Assembly (NCBI GenBank): GCA_963763085.1
Contig: CAVXNB010000004.1
Span: 672,659-736,658, forward strand
DNA: 64,000 nucleotides
Direction of reading: 5' to 3'
Source of the DNA: an uncultured Acidimicrobiaceae bacterium
GTDB lineage: Bacteria; Actinomycetota; Acidimicrobiia; Acidimicrobiales; Bog-793
The notes under the pieces are model-generated. The model worked only from the letters and a program-made list of their open reading frames with translations. It did no database searches and had not been told where the DNA came from. Below, one piece after another: positions 1 to 10,393 of this stretch; positions within the stretch are counted from its first letter, which is position 1; every line of letters begins with the position of its first letter. Both the position numbers and the translations under genes were made by a program.

Positions 1-1486
1 TGTTGTCCTGGAGCTGCGCCTGCAGTTCGTAGGTCACCGTGCGCGTCCCGGTGGCGGCGTCGAGCTCGTCGGTGATGACCGGTGTCTGCTGGGGATTCAG
101 GAACTTGCCGAGGATCGACGACAGCGGGATGGCGCCGAGGATCTGGCTCAGCAGCGAGTTGAAGTAGGTCTTCGGGTCGATCTTGCCCTGTTTGGCATAG
201 TCGTCGAGCCCACCGGGGCCACCGATGGCACCGGCGTGAGCCGAGAGCCCGGTGAGCGTCGCGTTCGGCGTCCCGATGCCACCGACCGCGTCGCTGTGCC
301 CGAACGTCATCGACGGCGGCGAGCTCAGCGCCGCGTAGACGAGGCCGAGGTTGGTGGCGCCATAGCCGACGTTCGTGGCGCTCTCGACGTAGCGCGAGTA
401 CGGATGGATGCCGACGCCACCGAGGTTCAGCGGGTCGTCGGAGTCGTTGAGATCACCCCGGGTGAGCGCTTCGACGGCCGTCAGCCGCACGTGTGCGCTC
501 GAGATCGTCGGGTAGAACGCCGGCTGGTCGATCGCCTTGAGCGACGCCGGGGACTGGGTCTCCGGTGCGGTCGTCGAAGCGTTCGGGTCGTTCACCTGCG
601 TCGCCGCGCCGAGGAAGATCGCGATGGTGGGAAGCGTGGTCGCCCCCGGGTGCCCGCTCGCCTCGACGGCGAAGCGCACCTTACGACCCTCGAACTTCAT
701 CAACCGGGTGAACGTCGCGTTGGTCAGGGACAGCTTGTTGTAGGCCTCGGCGATGTACTGGGTCATCGTCGAGTCGTACTGGCTGCCGGCGTAGTCGGTC
801 GACTTGTCGAGATCGGGGTCGCCCTCGATGAAGACGAGGGGCATGTTGAGCGACGTCGAGTTGCCGGCCGCGTCGGTGAGCACGAGTGGCCACAGCACGT
901 CGTGGCCGTTCGCCTGCGGGAATCCCCACACGGCGAACGGCAGGGTCGTGTGCTTGGGGAGCTTGAGCGGGAACGTCTTACAGGCCGGGGTGTCCAGGTG
1001 GGGCGAGGTCCTTGCCGCAATGCGGACCGACGAGAAGGGCCAGCCCCTGCCTGAGAACGCCTGGCCCGGCGCCGGGTACGACTTGGACTGCTCGACGATC
1101 CTGATGTAGGTGATCTCCTGCAGGTAGGCGACGACGAGCTCGGAGTTGTTCGGGTCGAACGCGAAGATGCGCTCGACGATCGTGACGAGAACGGCCCGAT
1201 GCCCGGTCGGGAACATGTACCCGCGGTGCACGAGCTTGACGTAGTGGTCCCGTCCCTGGTTCGTCTCCTGGCGCCAGAAGATGAGGGACGCCGCGTTCGG
1301 CCAAACCCCTTCGAGCGACAGGGTGGCGCCGAGAGCGCTCAGCTCGACGTCCTCTGCGTCGACGTAGCCGCCGCCGTCGATCTGGAAATTCGCCGAATTT
1401 GTGACGATCTCCCAGCGGTCCTCGGCCGTGAGGCTCGTGACGTCGAAGGCCGGCCCGAGCGGCGGCGTCTTCCGCGGCCTCAGCAC
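1..1486 (-). CDS. hypothetical protein (large, C-terminus beyond window start); possibly continuous with upstream Tat-signal gene
   Basis: Minus-strand frame (codon high coordinate = 1 mod 3) open from 1561 to window start with no stops. Translation is non-repetitive and not Arg-rich (e.g. ...HRGYMFPTGHRAVLVTIVERIFAFDPNNSELVVAYLQEITYIRIVEQSKSYPAPGQ...IDPKTYFNSLLSQILGAIPLSSILGKF...), unlike the shadow ORFs on other frames. Candidate GTG start at 1486. Not in ORF track because it runs off the window. Confidence 0.4.
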   Translation of the reverse strand, partial: MLRPRKTPPLGPAFDVTSLTAEDRWEIVTNSANFQIDGGGYVDAEDVELSALGATLSLEGVWPNAASLIFWRQETNQGRDHYVKLVHRGYMFPTGHRAVLVTIVERIFAFDPNNSELVVAYLQEITYIRIVEQSKSYPAPGQAFSGRGWPFSSVRIAARTSPHLDTPACKTFPLKLPKHTTLPFAVWGFPQANGHDVLWPLVLTDAAGNSTSLNMPLVFIEGDPDLDKSTDYAGSQYDSTMTQYIAEAYNKLSLTNATFTRLMKFEGRKVRFAVEASGHPGATTLPTIAIFLGAATQVNDPNASTTAPETQSPASLKAIDQPAFYPTISSAHVRLTAVEALTRGDLNDSDDPLNLGGVGIHPYSRYVESATNVGYGATNLGLVYAALSSPPSMTFGHSDAVGGIGTPNATLTGLSAHAGAIGGPGGLDDYAKQGKIDPKTYFNSLLSQILGAIPLSSILGKFLNPQQTPVITDELDAATGTRTVTYELQAQLQDN

Positions 1487-1493
1487 TTCGTCA

Positions 1494-2554
1494 TCACTCC
1501 TCGGCCGGGATCCGGGAGGTGTTCGGCGTCGCGAAGTACTTCTCGTTGTCGAGGACCGCGATCACGTGTCCCATGCTGTTCGTCTTCGTCCACGGCACCC
1601 AGGTCGACACGCCCGAGCCGGAGTAGGCGGCGTACAGCTCGAGCTCCCGGCACCAGACCGCCGACACCTGCGGCTCGAGCGGCTCGACTCGCCACCACAT
1701 GGGCGCCGTGCGTCCGCACCTCGTCGTAGGTGAGCGTGGCGGTCCAGCACTCGGTGACGCCGTCGGCGGACACTGCCGGTTGGATCGTCCCGGCGAACGA
1801 GGTCTTCCAGCTCGTCGTCACCACGCCGGTTCTCGATCTGATCACGCCGGGGTTCACGACCGGCGAGAGGTAGAGCCCGTAGGGGCATTCGATCGTCGTC
1901 GTGTTGCCGGCCGGGAACGAGGGCAGGGGAGGCTTGCCGTCCACGAGATTGTCCATCACCGCGACGGGTGGCACGAGCAGCGTCCACGTGCTCCAGTCGA
2001 GAAGGTCGTCCACGGTCATCGTCGGAAGCGGGATCGTGACACCCTTGCGGATCGAGAACGCCAGCTGGCTCGGCCCGGACAGCACCGACAAGCGTCGGCG
2101 GCGAGTTCAACGTGTTCTTGGGCGGCGGGTAGGACTTCTCGTTGTAAACGGCCTCGCCGATCGCCTGCGGGGGAAACTGGACGATGATCCAGTTGTCGAC
2201 CGTCGTCGGCACGAGCGAGACGAGAGTGCTCGACTTCTCGATCTTGAACCCATAGAAACCGAAGTCCAGCAGCAACAAGTCGCTGTCCCTCTCACAGTGG
2301 ATGATGATCCCGTTGCCCTGGCCGGTCGAATGCGGCGACGGCGTCTCGTCGACCATGCGGACGGCCACGCCGTCCAGGTACCGCGCCACGGGTGTCGAGG
2401 AGAAGGTCGCCACATAGGCGGCTGCCGCGGCCGCGGCGCTGCTGCCCAGCAACGTTCGCCGGCTCAGCGTGAGCTGTTCGGCTTGATCGTCCGGCGCCGC
2501 CGGCTCGGGCTCGCCTGGCGAGGCGCCCCGGCTGGTGCTGGCGGCGGATTCCAC
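1494..2554 (-). pseudogene. Tat-signal secreted hypothetical protein, split over three reading frames (2 frameshifts)
   Basis: ORF 1562..2554 begins with a twin-arginine signal (LSRRTLLGSSAAAAAAAYVA) followed by a plausible domain that decays to Arg-rich junk after about residue 155. Plausible sequence resumes in ORF 1480..2091 (frame 0: SGPSQLAFSIRKGVTIPLPTMTVDDLLDWSTW...) and again in ORF 1494..1700 (frame 2: WWRVEPLEPQVSAVWCRELELYAAYSG...). Transitions near 2060-2095 and about 1700. Confidence 0.45.
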
Positions 2555-2739
2555 TTCCGAAAAACCTACCCAGACCCCGATCGCGCGTCTTCAGTAGTAC
2601 CTACTGCATTTCAAGCCAGCGACCCTTTGGCTCTGGCGCAGCCAGGTCCCATGCGAGAACATGGGGCCGGCGGACCGGGCCGCCGGCCAGACGTCGCAAC
2701 TCGGCCCACCCACCCCCCTTCGTCGGCGCCGAGCGGACC

Positions 2740-5707
2740 ATGAGACCGCCAAGCGGTGAGGAGACCTCGATGGCGCCCAGGGATCCGGCACCGCATCCAC
2801 GGGCGGGTGGGTCCTTCGGCTGGCCGCTGATCGGGCGCGACGAGGAGCTCGAGTTCCTCCGGAGCGCCCGCCGGCGACGTCCTCCTGCGGGCGTCGTCGT
2901 GAGCGGCCTGCCGGGCGTCGGGAAGTCCCGGCTCATGTCGGCGGCGCTCGAAGCGGCCCGCGAGGAGGGCTGGGGGGTGTTGCGCATCTCGGCCAGCGCC
3001 GGCCTGAAGGGGGTTGCGTTCGCCCCTTTCCGCAGTGTCGTCGCGCTGCCGTGGACGAGGGACCTCGGCGAGCTCGCCGCCGCGCTCGAGGATGCGATCG
3101 CCTTGCTGGGCGGAGACAAGGGAGCCTGATGCTCGCAGTGGACGACGGACAGGACCTCGACGATGCCTCCGCAGGCTTCGTCCATCATCTCGCCGGCGTC
3201 GGATCCGCCGTCGCGCTCGTGACGCTGCGATCGGGCGCCGACCGGCCGGGCGCGCTCGACGGCGGCTCTGGAAGGACGGGCTCGCGGAGCGTGTCGAGCT
3301 GGAGGGGCTCTCCCGCCGGGAGACGAGTGAGCTCGTGACAGCGGTGCTCGGTGCGACCGTCGAGGAGGCGACGGTCGAACGAATCTGGCAGCTGACCGAC
3401 GGGAATCCGCTCTACGTGCGCGAAGTGCTGCTCTCGACCCGCGAGACCGGTGCCCTGCGGTCGTGCGAAGGAGTCTGGTGCTGGCGCGGGGCGTTCACGA
3501 CGGGCGTGCGGCTCGGTGAGATCGTCGCCGAGCGGCTCGGCCGGCTAGAGCCTGACGAGCTCACGGCGGTAGAGCTCCTGTCGGTGGCGAGATCCCTGTC
3601 GTCCGAGCTCCTGGCCTCGCTGACAGGGGCGGCCTCGCTCGAGCGGCTCGAGTCGTGGGCGCTCGTCGTCGTGGAGCGCTCCGGGCGGCGCGTCGAGGTG
3701 AGCCTTGCCCACCCGCTCTACGGTGAGGTGCTCCGCGCCGGCATGCCGGCGCTACGAGCTCAGTCCACCCGCCGGCTCCTCACGAATGCGCTCCAGAGAA
3801 CCGGGGCGCTCCGCTCGGGCGACCGCGTCAACCTCGCCCTGTGGGCTCTGGACGGCGACATCGAGGTCGACCCGGTGACGCTCAGCCAGGTGGCCGAGGT
3901 CGTGCTCTGGCACCCCGGTCAGGAGATCTCGGACCGCCTGGAGGACATCCTGGCCGGCACGATCGCACGATCGCGCCCGCAGGAACGGTCCATCTCCCAG
4001 GGTGACCCCAAGCTCGCGGTCCGCCTCGCCCGAGCCGGCTTCGAGTCCTCGGGCACGGTCGCGGCCGGCGCCACGCTCGCGACGACGCTCTGCTGGGCCG
4101 GCGAGACGACCGAGGCCGCCCAAGTTCTCGGAGATCTCCGTGCGATCGCTGCTGGCCGGCGACGACCAGGTCCGGCTGGCAGTCGCGCTCGCCGAGGTGA
4201 CGTTCTGGGGCGAGCACCGCTACGAGGACGCCATCGCAGTCCTCACCGAGGCAGCCGCCGACGCCGTCGACGGCACCGACCCGTCGCTGCTGGCCAGACT
4301 CACCGAGAAGCTGGCCGGCTTCGAGCTCAACACGGTCCGGGCGTCCGCGGCGCTCGCGCACGCCGAGCAGGCGGCGGTGCTCGAGGGCGAAGAGCTCGCG
4401 GCGAGCCTCGCCGCACCCGCCGCCGCGGCGAGCCTCGCCCATCTCGGGCGCTGCGAAGAAGCTCTCGAGCTCATCGACCGGGCGCTGCCGGTCGCCTTCG
4501 CGCGTGGCCGTCACTCGATGGAGGTTCCCCAGCTTCTCTTCGCCCGCACCGGCGCGCTTGCCCGTGCGGGAAGGCTCGAAGAGGCTCGCGAGCTGGCCGA
4601 GACCTGCCAGCAGGTCGCTCTCTCCATCGACTCGCGAGACGGCACGGCGCTGTTCGGGGTGTCGATGGCCGAGGCACTGCTGCGACAGGGCCGGCCGGCG
4701 AGCGCATCGCGGTCCGTTCCGGGACGCCGTCGGGCTGTTCCAGGACCGTGACCTGTTCGGCTACCTGCCGTGGGCTCTCGCCGGCCTCTCGAGAGCGCGG
4801 GCGCTGCTCGGCGACGAGGAGGGAGCGGCGCTCGTGTTGGCGGATGGGGATCTCGCTGCCACCGGCACCAGGTACTTCGACGTCTGGCGCTTCGACGCGC
4901 GGAGCGCCCTCGAGCGCCTTGCGGGCCGCGACTCCGACGTGCTCGAGTCCGCACGCTCGGGCGCCGACTGGGCCCGGAGCGCCGGCATGCCGGTCGAGGA
5001 GGCGTTGCTGCTTCACGCTCAGGTTCGGATCGCTCCGGCTCCGGAGTTGGCCGCCCGGCTGGCCGAGCTCACGCACCTGACCGACAGCAACCTCGTGAGC
5101 CTGCTCGCCCGCCACGCGGAGGCCTGCTACCGGTCCGACCCCGACGTGCTCTTGGCGGTGAGCGGTGGACTCGCGAGCTGCACGGCCCTGTTCGCCGCCG
5201 CTGAGGCCGCTGCAGGCGCCGCGGCGCTCTACGAGCACCGTCACCTTGACCGGGCGGCGCGTACCGCGACCCGGATGGCGCTCGACCATCTCGAGTCATT
5301 GCGAGGGGGCGAGGTCCTCTCTTCTCGACCGGCTCGTGGTGCCCGCCGGGCTGACGAGGCGGGAATTCGAGGTCGCGACGCTTGCCGGCGCCGGTCGTTC
5401 GAGCAAGGAGATCGGCGTCCGGCTCCATTTGTCCACGCGCACCATCGACAGTCACCTCTACCGGGCCTACACCAAGCTCGGCGTGACGAGCCGGGTGGAG
5501 CTCGGCGCGGCGCTGCGCGTCGGACCGGGCCTTCAGGCAGCCATGGCCGCCAGGGCGAGGGTCCGGGGCCCGGTGACCGAAGCGACGATCTCAGTAGGGA
5601 TTACTGAAGACGCCGGCCACTTGCTTTCCTACTCTCGAAACGGTGGACCGGGCGACCGCCATCGAACAGCTTTCACCCCTGCACGCCGTCGTGGTCCGGC
5701 TGCGTGA
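2740..5707 (+). pseudogene. LuxR-family transcriptional regulator with N-terminal AAA ATPase (LAL type), disrupted by about 5 frameshifts
   Basis: N-terminus in ORF 2740..3129 (GRDEELEFL...VVVSGLPGVGKSRL, Walker A). Continues in ORFs 3051..3338, 3014..5080, 4002..4751 and 4504..5607. LuxR HTH in ORF 5165..5707 (LTRREFEVATLAGAGRSSKEIGVRLHLSTRTIDSHLYRAYTKLGVTSRVEL). Each segment is plausible only over part of its length and the frames alternate 1,0,2,0,1,2. Confidence 0.6.
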
Positions 5708-5939
5708 CGAGGGAGAGGACGTCCACGTCATCGCCGTGGCCCTTGCCATCGACGACGATCAGGTCCCGACGCTGCTCGAGATCGCCGACGCGAAGCTGAC
5801 GAGGCTGATCGACGGCCGGCAGGCCTGAGGCCGGCGGCTCAGAGGGCTCGGCGGGCGCCTCCCGACCCCGGCCGCCGGCCGGCCGCCGGGCCGGCGGCTA
5901 CCGAAGTGAGAGACTTCCGCCAACGGAAGGCGGCCAGCC

Positions 5940-6953
5940 ATGCCTATATCTACGGCCCTCAGGTACCCGGACATCAGCGCCCAGGGATTCGCCCATCCCG
6001 CCGACCGGGCTGCGGCGGCAGCGCTGCATTCGGTGCCGATGCTCGACAAGATCATCAACAAGCTCAATGAGGTCAGCTACGAGCGCAAGTACCGCCAGCT
6101 GATGCTCGGGAACGCCGTCCGGCTCGGCGAGGACCAGCTGCCCGACGTGTGGGCCCTGCAGCGCCAATGCGCCAACACCTTCGACATTGCAATCTGCCCG
6201 CGTCTGTACGTGACCCAGGCGCCGGTCGGCAACGCACTCACCATCGGATCGAACGAGCCCATGACGCTGATCTCGTCCGGGTTGGCGGCGTCGTTTGACA
6301 GAGACGAGCTTCACGCGGTCCTCGCGCACGAGATGGGTCATGTGCTGGCGGACCATGTCGGCTTCACGACCTCGTTCGAGCTCGTGAAGCTCATCATGGC
6401 GAAGGTCTTCCGCGGCGCCCCGCTCGCCGGCCTGCCGATGATGGCCCTCTACCTGGCGCTCCTCGAGTGGTCGAGGGCGGCAGAGCTGACCGCGGACCGG
6501 GCGAGCGCGCTCGGGACCGGCGACCCGCTCCTGACGTGCCGCACCTTGATGCGCATGGCGGGCGGACCTGTGCCCGGGCTGAACCTCGACGCGTTCATCA
6601 CCCAGGCAACCGAGTACGAGGGGGTGGGGGATCCGTTCGCGCGGTACTCACGTTTCTGGGAGGAGATCGGTGCGACCCATCCGTTCCCCGTGCGCCGGGT
6701 CCGGGAGCTGGTCGAGTGGGTGGCTTCCGGCGAGTTCGACCGGCAGCGCTCCGGCGGGTACCTGAGGCGCGGCCAGGCGCCGCCGCCCTCGGCGGAGTTC
6801 GACGTGGCGTTCAAGTACTACAAGGTACGTTTCTCGAAGATGGTCGAACGAGTTGGCGGAGGGGTACAGCAGGTCGTGAACCGCTTCGCGACCTGGCTGG
6901 ACACCGATGGCCCGAACGGCGACGTCGCCGGGGACGCCGGCTTCGAAGGCTGA
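5940..6953 (+). CDS. M48 family zinc metallopeptidase (HtpX-like)
   Basis: Single intact 337-aa ORF with HExxH motif (AVLAHEMGHVLADH) in an M48-like context. Confidence 0.8.
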   Translation: MPISTALRYPDISAQGFAHPADRAAAAALHSVPMLDKIINKLNEVSYERKYRQLMLGNAVRLGEDQLPDVWALQRQCANTFDIAICPRLYVTQAPVGNALTIGSNEPMTLISSGLAASFDRDELHAVLAHEMGHVLADHVGFTTSFELVKLIMAKVFRGAPLAGLPMMALYLALLEWSRAAELTADRASALGTGDPLLTCRTLMRMAGGPVPGLNLDAFITQATEYEGVGDPFARYSRFWEEIGATHPFPVRRVRELVEWVASGEFDRQRSGGYLRRGQAPPPSAEFDVAFKYYKVRFSKMVERVGGGVQQVVNRFATWLDTDGPNGDVAGDAGFEG

Positions 6954-6960
6954 CCGCAGC

Positions 6961-8334
6961 TCAGGTCAGGAACGAGCGCGGGAGCGCCTCGAACATCTCG
7001 GCGGACATCGCCAGCGACTCGACGTCGACCCTCTCGTCGTCGCCGTGGAACATCGACAGGAACTGCTCGAAACTCAGCCGGTCCGAGAACATCCCAAAGC
7101 CGTACGCGACCGACCCGCGCCGGCGGAAGAACCGAGCGTCCGTGGCGCCGGCGGTGAAGAACGGGACGCTCTCGGCTCCGGGGTGGAACCGGTGCACCAT
7201 GGCGTCGAGCTCGTCCCAGAGCGGCGTCCCGACCGGCGACTCGCTCGAGGGGTCGTCGTGAGCCGAGAGGATCTCCACCTTGTCGCCCAGGTCGCCGATG
7301 GCTTCGGCGAGGAGGGAGCGCACGTCGGCCTCGGTCTGACCGGGCAGCGTCCGTACGTCGAGCTCGATATCGACCTGATCCGGGATCACGTTGATCTTCG
7401 TGCCGCCGTGGACGATCGTCGGCGCGACCGTCATGTGAGTACACGCGTGCGCCTGTCGGGCCAGCCCTAGATCGGGCAGCGTCTCGCAGAGCTCGTCGAT
7501 CGCGCTCGGGTCGAGCAGCAGCCCGCTCAGCTCCTCCCCGAGCGCCATCCCCTCCACGAAACTACGCCACGCGCCATGCATCATCGCCGCCGGCCTGAAT
7601 TCCGCCAGGCGCCGGACGACCTCGGCGGCGGTGACGAGCGCGTTGTCGGTGCGGAGCGGCGTCGAGGCGTGGCCCGCTTCGCCCCGCACGCGGACACTGC
7701 ACCAGCAGCTTCCCTTCTCACCGACGAGGATCGGCAGACGCCGGCCGCCCGGCGTCTCGATGGGGATGCCGCCCGACTCGGTGATGACGTAGTCGGCGCC
7801 GACGGCGGCGGCAGCGTGCTCGGTGAGCCAGCCGGCGCCGTGGGAGCCGAGGGCCTCCTCGTCGGCGACGGCGGCCAGGATGAGGCTGCCCTTCGGACGG
7901 AACCCGCTCCGGGCGAGGCGCTGGAACGCGACAGCCATCGAGGCGGTGATGTTCAGCATGTCGATGGCGCCTCTCCCCCAGACCTCCCCGTCGACGAGGT
8001 CGGCCGCGAACGGGTCGCGGCTCCACGTCTCGGCGTTGGCCGGCACCACATCGGTGTGCCCGAGGTAGCAGAGCGCCGGTGCGTCCGGATCGCTTCCCTC
8101 TATCCGCGCCACGAGCGAACCGCGGCCGGGGAGCGGTTCGTACATCTCGAGGTCGCAGCCAGTCCCTTCGAGCTCCGACCGAAGCAGTTCGGCGTTCGCG
8201 ACCTCGTGACCGGAGGCGTCGCTGCCGTCGTTGACACAACCATTGCGGATCATCTGCTGCAGGAGGTCGACCACCTCCGGGTCTCGTGTGCCGGCGCCGG
8301 CGCTCTCAGTCATGGCCACCTTCCGTGTCGACAA
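6961..8334 (-). CDS. M20 family peptidase (ArgE/DapE/CPG2-like)
   Basis: Intact 457-aa ORF. M20 signatures (LGHTDVVP, ADEEALGSHGAG, GEKGSCW, HASTP). An alternative start MTESAG at 8313 would remove the overlap with the next gene. Confidence 0.8.
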   Translation of the reverse strand: MSTRKVAMTESAGAGTRDPEVVDLLQQMIRNGCVNDGSDASGHEVANAELLRSELEGTGCDLEMYEPLPGRGSLVARIEGSDPDAPALCYLGHTDVVPANAETWSRDPFAADLVDGEVWGRGAIDMLNITASMAVAFQRLARSGFRPKGSLILAAVADEEALGSHGAGWLTEHAAAAVGADYVITESGGIPIETPGGRRLPILVGEKGSCWCSVRVRGEAGHASTPLRTDNALVTAAEVVRRLAEFRPAAMMHGAWRSFVEGMALGEELSGLLLDPSAIDELCETLPDLGLARQAHACTHMTVAPTIVHGGTKINVIPDQVDIELDVRTLPGQTEADVRSLLAEAIGDLGDKVEILSAHDDPSSESPVGTPLWDELDAMVHRFHPGAESVPFFTAGATDARFFRRRGSVAYGFGMFSDRLSFEQFLSMFHGDDERVDVESLAMSAEMFEALPRSFLT

Positions 8335-8866
8335 TCCTCCACATCACCACGTGCGGGCCCAAGGGCGAGTCCCACTGCTCCCCCCAGGTCTGGAAGCCCG
8401 CCCGCTCGTAGAAACCGACGGCGGGCACGCGTGCGTTGCACCACACCAGGACTCTTCCGATGCCGCGCCCGCCGCCTTCGGCGGCGACGTGAGCCAGGGC
8501 GGCCTCGAGAGCGCGCGAGCCGAGGCCCTGGCCGCGCAGGTCGTCTCGCGTCGCCATGTACCGCAGGCGCCACGCCGGCGCGCCGGCGTCCCCGTCGGCC
8601 CCGTCGGCGGTGAAGTCCGCCCCGTCCTTCGCCATCGGGGCGTCGGCCCGCAGCACCGTGGCCGTGCCGACGACCGAGCCCGTGGCGCGGTCGATGACGC
8701 CGAACGTCGCCGACTCCGGGTCGTCGTCTCCCGGGGCGGCGACCTCGTCAATCGTCTGGTGCGGTCTGAGGACGGCCTGGCGCAGGGGATAGCTCGCAGC
8801 GACCGGGATCCGTTCGACGTCGACCTCCACGACGCCGAGCGTACCGATCGGCGCGGGTGCGAACAT
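8306..8866 (-). CDS. GNAT family N-acetyltransferase
   Basis: 186-aa ORF with GNAT motif A (RGQGLGSRALEAAL...VLVWCNARVPAVGFYERAGF). Confidence 0.7.
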   Translation of the reverse strand: MFAPAPIGTLGVVEVDVERIPVAASYPLRQAVLRPHQTIDEVAAPGDDDPESATFGVIDRATGSVVGTATVLRADAPMAKDGADFTADGADGDAGAPAWRLRYMATRDDLRGQGLGSRALEAALAHVAAEGGGRGIGRVLVWCNARVPAVGFYERAGFQTWGEQWDSPLGPHVVMWRIVDTEGGHD

Positions 8867-8871
8867 GAGGC

Positions 8872-9621
8872 GTGTCCGTGCATCGTCAGGTCACCGGATT
8901 CGCGAAGTCCACCGAGGCCTACGAGCGAGGTCGCCCGGGCTATCCGCCCGAGATCGCCGACTGGATCGTCGAGGTCGGCGGGTTGGCGCCGGGACGCGTC
9001 GTGGTCGACCTGGCGGCCGGTACGGGCAAGCTGACCCGCCAGCTCGTCGCGAGCGGCGCCGAGGTCATCGCCGTAGAGCCGCTCGACGAGATGCGCTCGG
9101 CGCTCGCCGACATTGTTCCCGGCGTGCGATGCGTCGCCGGCACCGCCGAGGCGACGACGCTTCCGAGCGAGTCCGCCGATGTCGTCACCGTCGCCCAGGC
9201 GTTCCACTGGTTCGCACGCGAGAGCGCGCTCGCTGAGATCGGGCGCGTGCTGCGAAGCGATGGCCTGCTCGTCCTGGTGTGGAACCGCCGCGACATGAGC
9301 CAACCGATCCAGGCCGAGATCAGCCGGATCATCGAGCCTTACAGGTCGGGCACGCCCTCACACGCCTCGGGGAGGTGGAGGGCGGTCATGGAGGAGACGG
9401 CCCGTTTCGAGATGGTGGGGGAGCTGCACGTCAGTTCCGAGCAGATCGTCGATCGTCTCGGGCTGATCGATCGCGTCGGCTCGATCAGCTTCGTGGCGAA
9501 CCTTCCCGACGAGGTTCGCTCGTCTGCGCTGGCCAGGATCGGCGAGCTCATGACCGGCGAGCCCGCGACCGTCTCACTTCGTTACACCACCGACGCCTAC
9601 GCGTACCGCCCTGCTCACTGA
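8872..9621 (+). CDS. class I SAM-dependent methyltransferase
   Basis: 249 aa. Motif I VVDLAAGTGKLT. Acidic motif II (VIAVEP) and motif III (LRSDGLLVLV). Confidence 0.75.
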   Translation: MSVHRQVTGFAKSTEAYERGRPGYPPEIADWIVEVGGLAPGRVVVDLAAGTGKLTRQLVASGAEVIAVEPLDEMRSALADIVPGVRCVAGTAEATTLPSESADVVTVAQAFHWFARESALAEIGRVLRSDGLLVLVWNRRDMSQPIQAEISRIIEPYRSGTPSHASGRWRAVMEETARFEMVGELHVSSEQIVDRLGLIDRVGSISFVANLPDEVRSSALARIGELMTGEPATVSLRYTTDAYAYRPAH

Positions 9622-10352
9622 GGCGCGGCCGCTGGAAGCTCCAGGGTCTCGCCGGCGCTGAACCCAGTCCGGCTGCCGTCGGCGTCGATGCGCCAGGCCG
9701 ACCGATTTCCGCGCACGGTGAAGGCGCCGTTGCCCGTCACGAGGGCGGTCTCCTCGTCGATGCCGACGAGCACGGCATCGGGCGGGGTGCGGGCGAGCAT
9801 GCTCTCGACGAGGCCCGGGACCCAATGCTCGATCCGGTCGAAGTGCGGCAGCACGACGAGCTGTGGCACCACGGCGAGGCCATCGCCCGGATACCGCCCG
9901 GGATGCGCGAAGTCGTCGGCGATCAGGCTCAGCGCACACGCCCCGGCGGAGCAGCCGGCGAGCGAGGCGCCCGAACGCCAGGCCTCGAGGATCGCCTGCC
10001 AGACGAGCGTGCCGGCGAGCGTGTGGGCCAGGTAGCCCGGATTACCGCCGGAGAGGTACACGAGTCCCGCCCCCGCCACCTGCGAAGCGAGCTCCGGTCG
10101 CTGGGCGTCCTCCCGGTCCAGTACTTCGAGCGGGACCGGCTCGACGCCCATGGCTGTGTAGTGCGCCATGCCGAGGTCGATCCAATACCTCACGCGCTCC
10201 CCGCCCTCCTCCGCGGCGGCGGTCGGGAGGAAGACGGCGCGTTGCGGGCGCCCGGCGAGCAGCTCGGCGTCGACGGCGACCATCACATCGAGAAACTCAC
10301 CGCTTCCCACCAACGCCACCCGCCCCGCCCCCGTCGTCTCGCCCACGATCAC
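9615..10352 (-). CDS. S51 family peptidase (peptidase E / cyanophycinase-like, type 1 glutamine amidotransferase-like fold)
   Basis: 245 aa. YLSGGNPGYL and GCSAGA (nucleophile Ser) motifs typical of the S51 family. Confidence 0.6.
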   Translation of the reverse strand: MIVGETTGAGRVALVGSGEFLDVMVAVDAELLAGRPQRAVFLPTAAAEEGGERVRYWIDLGMAHYTAMGVEPVPLEVLDREDAQRPELASQVAGAGLVYLSGGNPGYLAHTLAGTLVWQAILEAWRSGASLAGCSAGACALSLIADDFAHPGRYPGDGLAVVPQLVVLPHFDRIEHWVPGLVESMLARTPPDAVLVGIDEETALVTGNGAFTVRGNRSAWRIDADGSRTGFSAGETLELPAAAPQ

Positions 10353-10393
10353 GGACCTGAGATGGTCGACATCGCCTTTACGCTACTGGTCCG

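Noticed and set aside
5643-5828. 61-aa ORF just after the LuxR gene with faint resemblance to a sigma-70 region-4 / LuxR-type HTH
   Set aside because: Too short and degenerate. It overlaps the 3' tail of the regulator's listed frame, and likely reflects the same frameshift problem rather than a gene.
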